Assembly: GCA_001793095.1 (NCBI GenBank)
Contig: MGHG01000009.1
Location: 15,450 to 79,449, forward strand
From: Candidatus Woesebacteria bacterium RIFCSPLOWO2_01_FULL_39_23
GTDB taxonomy: Bacteria > Patescibacteriota > Microgenomatia > UBA8517
Length of the DNA stretch: 64,000 nucleotides
Direction of reading: 5' to 3'
The notes below the pieces were generated by a model. The model was not told the DNA's origin. It worked only from the letters and a program-made list of their open reading frames with translations, and ran no database searches. Below are positions 18,519 through 30,693 of the stretch, one piece after another. Made by a program: the position numbers and the translations under genes. How positions within the stretch are numbered: the first letter of the stretch is position 1; each line of letters opens with the position of its first letter.

Positions 18519-20528
18519 TTAAACCAAAAAAGGGGCAATAAGAAGAGCGACGATTTGAACAATTTTCATCATTGGGTTTAGTGCCGGGCCTGAAGTGTCT
18601 TTCAAAGGATCCCCCACTGTGTCTCCTACGACCGCTGCTTTATGTGTTTCGCTACCCTTTCCTCCGAAGTTCCCGTCCTCTATATATTTCTTGGCATTAT
18701 CCCATGCCCCGCCGCTATTGCACATAAAAAAGGCAAGCATTAGTCCTGAAGCAACTACTCCACCCAAAAACCCGCCAAGAGTTTCTGCGCCAAGCAGTCC
18801 TACAAGTACGGGTATAGTAATAACCAACGCTGCGGGTATAACGAGTTCTTTCTGTGCTGCGGCAGTAACTATTGCCACAGCGGTTGTATAATCAGGGAGT
18901 GCCTTCCCTTCCATAATGCCTTTTATTTCCCTGAATTGACGCCTCACTTCTTCAACTACCTGAAATGCAGCCCGGCCGACTGAGCCAACGAGTCTTGAGG
19001 AAAATAAAAATGGCAAAGCGGACCCTAATAGAAGTCCGATAAATACTCTTGGAATGGCGATGTCTATTGTTTTTAATCCCGTAGCTTCAAAGTATGTGGC
19101 GAATAGGCTTGAGGCGGCAACTGCAGCTGAGCCTACTGCAAAACCTTTTGTCAAAGCTTTGGTGGTATTACCAACTGCATCGAGCGCGGAAGTTACTTTT
19201 ACTGCTTTGCCTTTTAATCCGGCCATTTCAACCATACCCTGAGCATTGTCCGAGATAGGTCCGAATGTATCGAGAGACATAATAATTCCGGTTGTAGCCA
19301 GCATTCCCATGCCGGCTAATGAAATTCCATAAAATCCCAAGAATAGATATCCAAGTAAAATTGTTGCGGCGATTACAATGACTGAAACAAAAGTTGATTC
19401 CATTCCGAGAGATAAACCGCTGATCAGGTTTGTTCCGGCACCAGTTTGCGCAGCTTTCGCAGTTGCTACAACTGGTTTTTCTCCGGGACCGGTATAATAT
19501 TTAGTAATGTATAAAAGTGCCAGCATTGAAACGATCCCAGTAATAGCCGCATATCCAGCTCTCGGCTCTTTTAATAAATAGGTTGCAAGAAGCATAAATA
19601 TAACTACGGCCGATACAGCTGATATTACGAAACCGCGGATGAGAGGATTAATTGGATTTTCTTTTTCGCTTTTTGCTTTAACAAAGAAGGTTCCCAATAT
19701 TGAGGTCAGAATTGCACCTGACCTGGCTAATAATGGAAAGACTACTCCGGCTAAGCCAAATAAGTTTCCACCCAAAATCATAGCTGCGACTATCGTTAAA
19801 GCATAGCTTTCAAAGACATCCGCTGCCATTCCCGCGCAGTCACCGACGTTATCTCCTACATTGTCGGCGATTACGGCTGGATTTCTCGGATCGTCTTCCG
19901 GAATTCCTTTTTCGACTTTTCCGACCAAGTCTGCTCCGACGTCTGCGGCTTTAGTAAATATTCCTCCGCCAACTCGCATAAATAATGCAAGAAGTGCTGC
20001 ACCGAATCCGTAACCGACAAGTACATTGGTTGCATGAGCAGCTACGATATCAGGTCCGAGCGAAATGTAAGTAAAATAAGACCACATATAAATGAGTGAT
20101 ACCCCAAGAAGGCCCAAACCCACAACCAACATTCCGTTTACCGTTCCCGCACCAAACGCAATTTGCAATGCTTTATTCATACTCTGCTGCGAAGCATTTG
20201 CTGTGCGCACATTAGCCCGCACTGCTATCCACATTCCGAAGTAACCGATGATAGCGCTGAAACTAGCACCCAGGAGAAAGGTCACTGCAATTCCGAAACC
20301 CAGTCCCGCCCAAATAAGAAGAGTTAAAATCGCCATAATGGGAAAGACGACTTTAAATTGTTTTCGAAGATAACTCATTGCTCCTTCTCTCACTGCTTGT
20401 GCAATTTTTTGAAGTTTTTCTCCGCCTTCACTTTCTTTTGTAACCTGCCGGCTCAGATAGATGCCATAGAGAAGGGCAAAAAGTGATGTTGCCGGTGCGG
20501 CAAATAGGGCTATAAGTTGAATATCCAT
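18519..20528 (-). CDS. hppA: Membrane-bound proton/sodium-translocating pyrophosphatase
   Basis: 669 aa, about 16 TM. GGIFTKAADVGADLVGKVE and DNVGDNVGD are H+-PPase signatures. Confidence 0.9.
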   Translation of the reverse strand: MDIQLIALFAAPATSLFALLYGIYLSRQVTKESEGGEKLQKIAQAVREGAMSYLRKQFKVVFPIMAILTLLIWAGLGFGIAVTFLLGASFSAIIGYFGMWIAVRANVRTANASQQSMNKALQIAFGAGTVNGMLVVGLGLLGVSLIYMWSYFTYISLGPDIVAAHATNVLVGYGFGAALLALFMRVGGGIFTKAADVGADLVGKVEKGIPEDDPRNPAVIADNVGDNVGDCAGMAADVFESYALTIVAAMILGGNLFGLAGVVFPLLARSGAILTSILGTFFVKAKSEKENPINPLIRGFVISAVSAVVIFMLLATYLLKEPRAGYAAITGIVSMLALLYITKYYTGPGEKPVVATAKAAQTGAGTNLISGLSLGMESTFVSVIVIAATILLGYLFLGFYGISLAGMGMLATTGIIMSLDTFGPISDNAQGMVEMAGLKGKAVKVTSALDAVGNTTKALTKGFAVGSAAVAASSLFATYFEATGLKTIDIAIPRVFIGLLLGSALPFLFSSRLVGSVGRAAFQVVEEVRRQFREIKGIMEGKALPDYTTAVAIVTAAAQKELVIPAALVITIPVLVGLLGAETLGGFLGGVVASGLMLAFFMCNSGGAWDNAKKYIEDGNFGGKGSETHKAAVVGDTVGDPLKDTSGPALNPMMKIVQIVALLIAPFLV

Positions 20529-20541
20529 ATAAAAACAAAGC

Positions 20542-20558
20542 GACTCATAATATGAGTC
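20542..20558. promoter_or_regulatory. Perfect 17-bp palindrome GACTCATA-A-TATGAGTC 13 nt upstream of the hppA start
   Basis: Seen directly. Candidate operator or RNA hairpin. Confidence 0.3.
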
Positions 20559-20619
20559 TAAGTTGTATTGTATATTAGTAAATAATTATATGCAAACATG
20601 GTTTTATCAGCTTTAGCCA

Positions 20620-20730
20620 AAAGATCGGACAACTCGGACTACTCGGATGACGGAAGTCCGAATACTCGGACTGTCTGAAAATCGGATGGTCTGAGTTTTC
20701 AGAGTGATCTGATTCTCAGGTGAATTAGAC
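20620..20730. repeat. Degenerate copy of the ACTCGGA-containing intergenic element
   Basis: Three ACTCGGA units plus tccgaat. The end gattctcaggtg resembles the TIR of the 9263-9390 element. Confidence 0.3.
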
Positions 20731-20825
20731 GTCCAAAGTTGCAGTCTTCGCGTCCCGAATGATTTTCGCATTTGGCTTTTGAGTATTATTCATACACGCC
20801 TCATGCCAAAATCTGACGGGACAGC

Positions 20826-23470
<2,645 letters not shown>

Positions 23471-23499
23471 TACGGAAAGTATACAATATATATAGGTAC

Positions 23500-23597
23500 C
23501 CGGAGAACCTGAATACTCGGGTGACTCGGATGGTCAGAGAATCAAGTGGTCCGAAATTCCGAAGTCGGATTATTCAGAGTTTTCTGGTTCTCTGATG
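23500..23597. repeat. MITE-like intergenic element, about 100 bp, TIR (C)AGAGAACC
   Basis: ggagaacctgaatactcgggtgactcgga ... ggttctctgatg. The 5' 30 bp align with the 9263 element. Confidence 0.4.
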
Positions 23598-23673
23598 AGC
23601 GGTGCAGTTAAACAGTAATTGTTATACGCTTAAAGAGCTTGTAGTTACTGCTTCCATTGTGTAATAATGGTTT

Positions 23674-25413
23674 ATGGCTGCCCGAAATATTTTTCCGCAA
23701 GACGTAAGCTCGACAAACCAGAAAACTTTAGCAGATATTCTTGTGGCAAAAGGCGTCTTGGATAGCGAGCATGCGAGGCAAGTAAAATTCAGTGAAATTC
23801 AAACAGGTAAAAGTCAGGAAGATATTTTATCCGAGCAAAATGTTGTAAGTGAGGCAGATTTAGTCCGAGCTAAAGCCGAACTTTATAATGTAACTTATGT
23901 TGATTTGGATACGCAGCCTGCTTCACCCGAAGCTCTCTCATCCCTCCCCCAGCAGGTGGCTGAGCGATTCGGTGTTTTTCCAATTACAGTTGATCTGACC
24001 AATAAAGTAATAGTTATAGCAATGAAGGACCCCCTCGACCTGGCTGCGATCAGTTTTGTGGAACAAAAAACGGGTCTTCGGGTAGATCCGCGTGCGGCGG
24101 AACCGACGAAAATAGCTAACTATATAGCCAGCGGATATTCAACGTCGCTTGCTAAGGAGGTAACGGAGGCTCTTAAGGAAGTTGCTCCGGAAAAAAAACG
24201 TGTTCAAATACTTGATATGGGAGTCGGCGGTGTAATCAGAGAAGAAAGAGTTGCCGAGGTTGTTAATCACATCCTCTCCTTTGCCGTCAAAGCGCGTGCC
24301 AGCGATATTCATATTGAACCTCAGGAAAAGATGACGAGAGTCCGTTACAGAATTGACGGTATCTTACAAGAGAAGCTGACTACACCCAAAGAGCTGCATG
24401 AGGCTCTTATTTCGAGAATTAAGATTCTCTCGGGAATGAAAATTGACGAAAAGCGGGTTCCTCAAGACGGTAGGTTTAATTTTTCGACGGGAGACGAAGA
24501 TGTAGATCTTCGTATCTCAACTCTTCCGACGGCGTGGGGTGAAAAGGTCGTAATGCGACTTCTCAAGAAAACCGGCGGTGTACCGAGTTTGTCTGAACTT
24601 GGCCTCAGGGGTAGGGCTTTAAAAAACCTTGGAGATGCCATCCTCAGGCCTCACGGTATAATTTTGATTTGCGGACCTACCGGATCAGGTAAAACGACAA
24701 CCTTGTATTCGATAATCCAAAATATCTCAACACCTAAAGTTAATATTGTTACCTTGGAGGATCCGATCGAATATAAAATTGCCGGGGTTAATCAGGTGCA
24801 GGTAAATCCTGTTGCCGGTTTGACTTTTGCATCCGGTCTTCGAGCTTTTCTAAGACAGGATCCGAATGTCATATTGGTCGGAGAGATTCGCGACCAAGAG
24901 ACGGCTGACTTAGCAGTTCAAGCAGCACTAACGGGTCATTTAGTGTTTTCTACCTTGCATACCAATGATGCTTCCGGAGCGCTCCCGAGACTATTAGATA
25001 TGGGTGCTGAACCGTATTTACTGGCATCGTCTATGACCGCTGTCGTTGCACAAAGGGTTGTCAGGAAGATCCATGCGGATTGCAAAGAAGGCTATTCTCC
25101 CGATGCAAAGATTGTAGGAGAGATAAAAGAGGGATTGGGTCCGCTTTGGAAGCCCGAAGGCAATGTTTCCTTTTATAAAGGTAAAGGCGATCCTGAATGC
25201 GGTAATACGGGCTATTACGGTAGAGTCGGAATATTTGAGGTCTTGCCTGTTACCGAAAAAGTGAGTAGGCTTATACTAGAAAAATCACCTGCATCGGAGA
25301 TGGATGCTGTCGCGAAAGAGGAAGGCATGATTTCGATGAAGCAGGATGGGTTTCTTAAAGTAATCGAGGGCATAACAACGATCGAGGAAGTCTTAAGGGT
25401 AGCACAAGAGTGA
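23674..25413 (+). CDS. pilB: Type IV pilus assembly ATPase PilB/GspE
   Basis: 579 aa. N-terminal GSPII_E_N-like domain. Walker A GPTGSGKTTTLYS, Asp/His boxes and a tetra-Cys motif. Confidence 0.9.
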   Translation: MAARNIFPQDVSSTNQKTLADILVAKGVLDSEHARQVKFSEIQTGKSQEDILSEQNVVSEADLVRAKAELYNVTYVDLDTQPASPEALSSLPQQVAERFGVFPITVDLTNKVIVIAMKDPLDLAAISFVEQKTGLRVDPRAAEPTKIANYIASGYSTSLAKEVTEALKEVAPEKKRVQILDMGVGGVIREERVAEVVNHILSFAVKARASDIHIEPQEKMTRVRYRIDGILQEKLTTPKELHEALISRIKILSGMKIDEKRVPQDGRFNFSTGDEDVDLRISTLPTAWGEKVVMRLLKKTGGVPSLSELGLRGRALKNLGDAILRPHGIILICGPTGSGKTTTLYSIIQNISTPKVNIVTLEDPIEYKIAGVNQVQVNPVAGLTFASGLRAFLRQDPNVILVGEIRDQETADLAVQAALTGHLVFSTLHTNDASGALPRLLDMGAEPYLLASSMTAVVAQRVVRKIHADCKEGYSPDAKIVGEIKEGLGPLWKPEGNVSFYKGKGDPECGNTGYYGRVGIFEVLPVTEKVSRLILEKSPASEMDAVAKEEGMISMKQDGFLKVIEGITTIEEVLRVAQE

Positions 25414-25496
25414 TGGCAACTTAGAACTCAAATGTTAAAACTAACAACTTTTTTCTGAAATTTTAAGCTTTAAGTTATAAGTTTTGAGCTAAAAGC

Positions 25497-26558
25497 ATGG
25501 CTATTAAAGATTTATTAGAACTTACAGTCCAAAGAGGTGCATCTGATTTACATATCATTGCCGGCCTCCCGCCCTATTTACGCGTTCAAGGCAATCTTCT
25601 TGCGGTCAAAAGTGAGGCCATCATGACTCAAGATATCATTGAAAAGTACCTTAAGGAAATCTTAAACCCTGAAAACTTAGAGCGCTTTGGTGTCAACCGT
25701 GAGCTTGACTTTTCACTTTCATTCAGCGCTAAGTCAAGATTCAGGGTAAATGCTTACACCCAAAGAGGTTCTTTTGCGATATCTTTCAGAAATATCCCGA
25801 TTGAAATCCCTCCGATTGATGAACTGGGTCTTCCGAAAATACTCCATGCATTTACTACGCTCCGGCAGGGTTTTGTCTTAGTTACCGGACCAACCGGTCA
25901 TGGTAAATCAACCACAATTGCCTCAATGCTTAATGAGATAAATGAGACCCGATCCTGTCATATTATTACAATTGAAGACCCGATTGAATTTTTGTTCAAA
26001 CCCAGAAATTCAATAGTCTCGCAACGTGAGATGGGTGGTGACACTCATTCCTGGCAAATTGCCCTAAGAAGTGTGCTTAGGGAGGATCCTGATGTTGTCC
26101 TTGTCGGAGAAATGCGGGATTACGAAACAATTTCAGCTGCGCTAACGGTTGCAGAAACCGGGCATTTGGTTTTTGCAACGCTTCACACCAACTCAGCCGC
26201 GCAAACAATCGATAGAATTGTTGATGTTTTTCCCGATGAACAGCAAAAGCAGGTCAGACTCCAACTGTCAAATGTCGTTGAAGCCGTATTTTCTATGCGT
26301 TTAATTCCGACGGTATCCGGAGACCGAGCAGTTGCTTACGAAGTTATGCTGGGAACCTCGGCTATTAAGAGCTCTATTCGTGAGGGTAAAACGCACCAGA
26401 TTGACAATATTTTACAAACTTCGACAGAGGTAGGTATGAATACTATAGAGATGTCTCTAGCTTCACTTATCAAAAGCGGGAGAATTACCCTTGAAACCGC
26501 ACAGTCTTTTTCACTTCGACCGGAAGAGCTTTCAAGACTTATGCGATCAGGGAGATAA
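25497..26558 (+). CDS. pilT: Twitching-motility retraction ATPase PilT
   Basis: 353 aa. GPTGHGKSTT Walker A. PilT-like N-terminus ASDLHI. Confidence 0.9.
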   Translation: MAIKDLLELTVQRGASDLHIIAGLPPYLRVQGNLLAVKSEAIMTQDIIEKYLKEILNPENLERFGVNRELDFSLSFSAKSRFRVNAYTQRGSFAISFRNIPIEIPPIDELGLPKILHAFTTLRQGFVLVTGPTGHGKSTTIASMLNEINETRSCHIITIEDPIEFLFKPRNSIVSQREMGGDTHSWQIALRSVLREDPDVVLVGEMRDYETISAALTVAETGHLVFATLHTNSAAQTIDRIVDVFPDEQQKQVRLQLSNVVEAVFSMRLIPTVSGDRAVAYEVMLGTSAIKSSIREGKTHQIDNILQTSTEVGMNTIEMSLASLIKSGRITLETAQSFSLRPEELSRLMRSGR

Positions 26559-26588
26559 GCATGTCAATTAACGGCTCTCTCGTTTTTT

Positions 26589-27794
26589 ATGAAGCGTTTT
26601 AAGTATAAAGCCAGAAATAAGGATGGTGGTGTAGTTGTCGGAGAGGTAGAAGCGGTAAATGATATTACGGCTGCGAAGCTTCTAAGACAGAAAGGTTTAA
26701 CAATTATCTCCATTAATCCAAAGCGTGAACTTGGTTTTAATTTCCTTAAAAAATATAAAGAAAAGGTAACAAGTAATGATATTACAAACTTTACCCGGCA
26801 GTTTGCGACGATGATCAATGCCGGCCTTCCTGTAACTGAATCACTTCTGATACTGCGAAACCAATCAAAAGGCAGATTCCAGGCTATAATTGGTGAGATC
26901 CTGTCAGATGTCGAAGGGGGTCATCCCCTATCGAGTGCCCTAGCTAAGCATCCCCGCGCATTTAGTAAAACTTATATTGCCTTGGTTAAATCGGGCGAAG
27001 TTGGTGGCGTGCTGGATAGAGTTTTAGCCAGACTTGCAGATAACTTGGAAAGGCAGCAGGAATTTAAAGGTAAAGTAAAAAGCGCGATGATTTATCCGGT
27101 GATAATTGTTTTCGGGATGAGCGCAGTTGCATTTATCATGCTTACATTCGTAGTTCCGAAATTAACCGAGCTGTATGATCAGTTTGATGCTGATTTACCG
27201 ATAACTACTAAAGTGTTAATTGCACTTTCAACCGTGATGAGTAAATTCTGGCCTTTTGTACTTATTGGATTTGCAGTTCTTCTTTACCTCTTCAGGCTAT
27301 ATCACGCTACTAAAAAAGGTAAGAAGAAAATTGATCAGCTTATTTTAAAAGTTCCGCTTGTAGGGGACCTTACCAAAAAAGTAATTCTGACGGATTTAAC
27401 ACGGACATTGTCTCTGATGGTCGGCTCCGGTGTTTCGATTCTTGAAAGTTTAAGCATATCAAGCGAAGTTGTAGGAAACACGGTTATGTCGGAATCCCTG
27501 GATGATATATCGACGATGGTTGAAAAGGGTTTTCCTGTCGCCTACTCTTTTGCAAAACACACTGAAGCTTTTCCTCCTATTTTAGCCCAAATGATTTCTG
27601 TGGGCGAGGAAACGGGTAAAGTTGACGAAGTTTTGGAAAAAGTAAGCCACGTTTTCGAAGTTGAAAGTGATGCTAAACTTAAAGCCATTACAGCGGCTAT
27701 TGAACCGCTTATACTAATAGTGCTTGGGGTTGGAGTAGCCTTTTTGGTGATATCAATAATCATGCCTATTTATAATCTGACAACACAACTTTAG
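26589..27794 (+). CDS. pilC: Type IV pilus platform protein PilC/GspF
   Basis: 401 aa. Two GspF repeats, three TM helices, conserved ALVKSGEVGG-type segments. Confidence 0.9.
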   Translation: MKRFKYKARNKDGGVVVGEVEAVNDITAAKLLRQKGLTIISINPKRELGFNFLKKYKEKVTSNDITNFTRQFATMINAGLPVTESLLILRNQSKGRFQAIIGEILSDVEGGHPLSSALAKHPRAFSKTYIALVKSGEVGGVLDRVLARLADNLERQQEFKGKVKSAMIYPVIIVFGMSAVAFIMLTFVVPKLTELYDQFDADLPITTKVLIALSTVMSKFWPFVLIGFAVLLYLFRLYHATKKGKKKIDQLILKVPLVGDLTKKVILTDLTRTLSLMVGSGVSILESLSISSEVVGNTVMSESLDDISTMVEKGFPVAYSFAKHTEAFPPILAQMISVGEETGKVDEVLEKVSHVFEVESDAKLKAITAAIEPLILIVLGVGVAFLVISIIMPIYNLTTQL

Positions 27795-27880
27795 GTAGGT
27801 ATGCTACTTGACATCAAGCCCAAATTTATAACATACTGGATATAGAAATAAATTTCTAAGCGCAAAAAACTTAGAAGAAT

Positions 27881-27951
27881 GGAGGCCTCCGGCCTTTGAG
27901 GGCCTCTCCCCGAGCTGGAGAGCTCTCTGAGCTGGAAGCTGGCCCGGAGGG
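27881..27951. repeat. Palindromic repeat array (GGAGGCCTCC; GGCC-tttgag-GGCC; CCGAGCTGGAG x2) in the pilC-pilA spacer
   Basis: Same CCGAG-N-GGAG family as 5413-5478 and 36505-36545. It lies immediately 5' of the pilA RBS. Confidence 0.5.
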
Positions 27952-27969
27952 AGGTGAAACTTAAAATAA

Positions 27970-28527
27970 ATGACTGCCTATTTTAAAAAGTTTATGGATG
28001 ATAGTCGTAGAGGTTTCACTCTTATTGAGCTTCTTATAGTTATGGCAATTCTTGGAGTGTTAGCTGTTGTTGTTCTTGTGGCTATTAACCCTATTCAACA
28101 GCTGGCAAGAACCCGAGATACAGGTAGGAAATCAGGTGTAACTCAGTTAGGCCATGCCTTGGATGCGTACTACACAGCCAGAAATGGAGAATATGTGGCG
28201 GAAGGTACTACGTGGATCACTGCGCTGTCAACGTCCGGTGAACTGTCTACAATTCCAAGTTTAATTCAGTACGGAATTTCCGGTATAAGTGGTTGTTCTA
28301 ACGCCGGAGCCAATCCGCATAATAGCTGGTGTTATGATTTGGATACAACCGGGGGAACAAACGGACCGGCTGTGGTATATGCTGAACTCGAATCGAACGT
28401 TGAGAGGTCGAAATGCGGAAGTGGTGTGAGGGCGTGGTTTGTATACTCTTCTGCTGATGGTAGGGGCGGATTAATGTGTGATGCAGTACCGACACCTGGT
28501 ACTCAAAACTGGAATACTACACAATAA
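27970..28527 (+). CDS. pilA: Major type IV pilin (prepilin, class III signal)
   Basis: RG|FTLIELLIVMAILGVLAVVV has the N-methylation/cleavage motif with Glu+5. Two C-terminal Cys residues could form a disulfide loop. Confidence 0.8.
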   Translation: MTAYFKKFMDDSRRGFTLIELLIVMAILGVLAVVVLVAINPIQQLARTRDTGRKSGVTQLGHALDAYYTARNGEYVAEGTTWITALSTSGELSTIPSLIQYGISGISGCSNAGANPHNSWCYDLDTTGGTNGPAVVYAELESNVERSKCGSGVRAWFVYSSADGRGGLMCDAVPTPGTQNWNTTQ

Positions 28528-28714
28528 TATTAGTGTGTATTTAGCCTTAAGAAGAGCTCTTTTTTAATACGAAGAGCTCTTTCTTAAGGTGAGTTAAGTA
28601 TTACAGATTTTTAAACTACTAATGTAGCAAGCCTTCAAATTTCCCTCTATCTTAAAGCGACTCTGGGTTTTGATGCAAATGAGGCAACTCGTATTTTATA
28701 GCAAATCCAGAAAA

Positions 28715-28811
28715 CCGCAAGCGTAAGCTTGCGGATGAATGGATTAAAAACCATAACCAATCTGTAGGATTTGGTATGAAGCTAGAAGATACCACGAGCG
28801 TAAGCTCGTGG
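28715..28811. ncRNA. Tandem pair of GNRA-tetraloop hairpins with compensatory stem changes (strand undetermined)
   Basis: CCGCAAGC-GTAA-GCTTGCGG at 28715-28734 and CCACGAGC-GTAA-GCTCGTGG at 28792-28811. Pairing is kept through two compensatory changes. Neither strand has a U-tract. Confidence 0.35.
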
Positions 28812-28815
28812 AGCT

Positions 28816-30693
28816 TCATTCTATGAATAAAGTGTCTATTTCTTTCGCTTTTTGAAAGTAAAGCACAGACTTATTTTCGTCCTTGTATCGATCGAAAATA
28901 TATTTTGAGGTAGTGATGTAACTTCTTACATAAAATCTTCTGATATGTTCGAATACCAAATTTTCCGATATTAAATTATCATTGTTTTTTATCTCCTCGA
29001 GATGATACTTCGAGAATATATCATCAGCTCGGTTAAGGTATTCATCTTCGCTTACGGATTTTTCTTTATCTTCCAGTACCATTTGATAAATCATGCCGTA
29101 GGGAATTGTTACAATTTTTCCATATTTTTCATCTTCTATTGTAAAACCGGTGTCCGTAAAAACCTCTTTACCTTGAGCCAATAGAGGTGCTATGGAAGAA
29201 TAAACGATATTTTTATCAATTTTATTATGTCTTTCAATAAGAATTTTATTTATCTCACTTTCGCTTAGGCCATATATGGCCATTAATTGTTCTGTTCCGC
29301 CATGATTACCCGGGATTGAAATATCCGGTCTCGTTCCTTGTACGAGCTGAGTACTTAAGGTATTAAAAGCCAGGGAGTCGTCAACGACCAATAAAAGTGC
29401 ATTTTGTGGCAATGTAGTCAGGATATCTACGCCAAGGTTCTCGCCTATATGGACATTACTAAGATTAGTTTTTCGATAGTTTGTAATTAAGATTGAAAGA
29501 GGAACGACTAAAAAGCTGATATATACTGTTTTGGTAACTAAATTTATTAACTTTTTATTTTTTAGAATTTTCCAAACTGTTTCTAAAAACAATAGAACCC
29601 CAAACGGAAAGATTAGATCGAGGACTATTATTGATGATAAATAAAATCGTTCAAGTATTGCTATTGTTCCGTAGTTAGTCAAATCAAGCCCTGCTATTAG
29701 TATAAAAATAGGACCCAGGAATAAATAACAACCTAAGAACAATATAAATGTTGTTAGTTTCCTTTTTCTGTCACCGTTTCTTAAAAGAAGATAAACAAAG
29801 CCCAATAAAGCAAATAAAACCGGGATAATCGTTGCATAATTTTTCAGGTATATTAGGTATGCGTCGGCATTTGTTAAAACGATATTTTGCTTATAACCTG
29901 TGAGCACGTTGTTCCAGCCGTAATCTTTACGGGTAATTATTGCTATTAGATTTTGAATGTTGACTACTCTGCCCCAGTTAAGAGGTGGGTTTTTTGACGC
30001 GGCGATTGGGATATATAAGTAAGGAAGTAATCCAAGTATAACAACAAATAGTGATTTTAGGAGAAGTTTAAAGTTTATTACTAATCTCCAATCAGTGACT
30101 AATATGACAAGACCAATTACCGGAAAAATTAAGACTATTGATAAATTGTTGGTTAAGGATAAGCCTATGAAAAAAGCAGTAGCAAGAATATATTTTTCTT
30201 GCTTATCGTAGATATATAATAGTGTTGAATAAATGATAGCAAGTATGAAAAAATTGTGTAGCGAAAATACTTCGACCACTTCAGCGTATATCCAGAAAGG
30301 GTAAGTAAAGGCAACAGTAAGAGCAGATATCGCGGATATTATTTTGTTTTTACTGATTTTATTAACTATTAGATATACAAGAACCACAGATAGTGTGGAA
30401 GAAAGACTAGACACTAGGCCAACTCTCCACGCTGGTGGTTTATTTATTGGCAGAAGGAGCGATAATATTCCTAAGATTGTGTAAAGTGGATAACCTGAAG
30501 GATGGGCGATGCCTTTAACGTAAGCCGCTGATAAAAAATCACCGGAATCTCCGCCAAAAACTGAAGGAGATAGGTTGTGGATATAGACTAGAAAAGTAAA
30601 GATAAATATTGACCCTTCAACTTTATGAATTTTTTGTATCTTAAGTTTTAGAATTCTTTTTAATGCATCAATCATATTTCTAGTTAATTCCAA
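28816..30693 (-). CDS. DUF2723/TMEM260-like GT-C-fold membrane glycosyltransferase
   Basis: 625 aa, polytopic. N-terminal GGDSGDFLSAAYVKGIAHPSGYPLYTILG matches the DSGxF...HPPGYPLY hallmark of the DUF2723/PMT-like family (from memory). Confidence 0.5.
   Translation of the reverse strand: MELTRNMIDALKRILKLKIQKIHKVEGSIFIFTFLVYIHNLSPSVFGGDSGDFLSAAYVKGIAHPSGYPLYTILGILSLLLPINKPPAWRVGLVSSLSSTLSVVLVYLIVNKISKNKIISAISALTVAFTYPFWIYAEVVEVFSLHNFFILAIIYSTLLYIYDKQEKYILATAFFIGLSLTNNLSIVLIFPVIGLVILVTDWRLVINFKLLLKSLFVVILGLLPYLYIPIAASKNPPLNWGRVVNIQNLIAIITRKDYGWNNVLTGYKQNIVLTNADAYLIYLKNYATIIPVLFALLGFVYLLLRNGDRKRKLTTFILFLGCYLFLGPIFILIAGLDLTNYGTIAILERFYLSSIIVLDLIFPFGVLLFLETVWKILKNKKLINLVTKTVYISFLVVPLSILITNYRKTNLSNVHIGENLGVDILTTLPQNALLLVVDDSLAFNTLSTQLVQGTRPDISIPGNHGGTEQLMAIYGLSESEINKILIERHNKIDKNIVYSSIAPLLAQGKEVFTDTGFTIEDEKYGKIVTIPYGMIYQMVLEDKEKSVSEDEYLNRADDIFSKYHLEEIKNNDNLISENLVFEHIRRFYVRSYITTSKYIFDRYKDENKSVLYFQKAKEIDTLFIE

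Noticed and set aside
18595-19242. Plus-strand ORFs antisense to hppA.
   Set aside because: Antisense to a conserved membrane pyrophosphatase, with Ala/Pro/Ser-rich mirror translation. Spurious.
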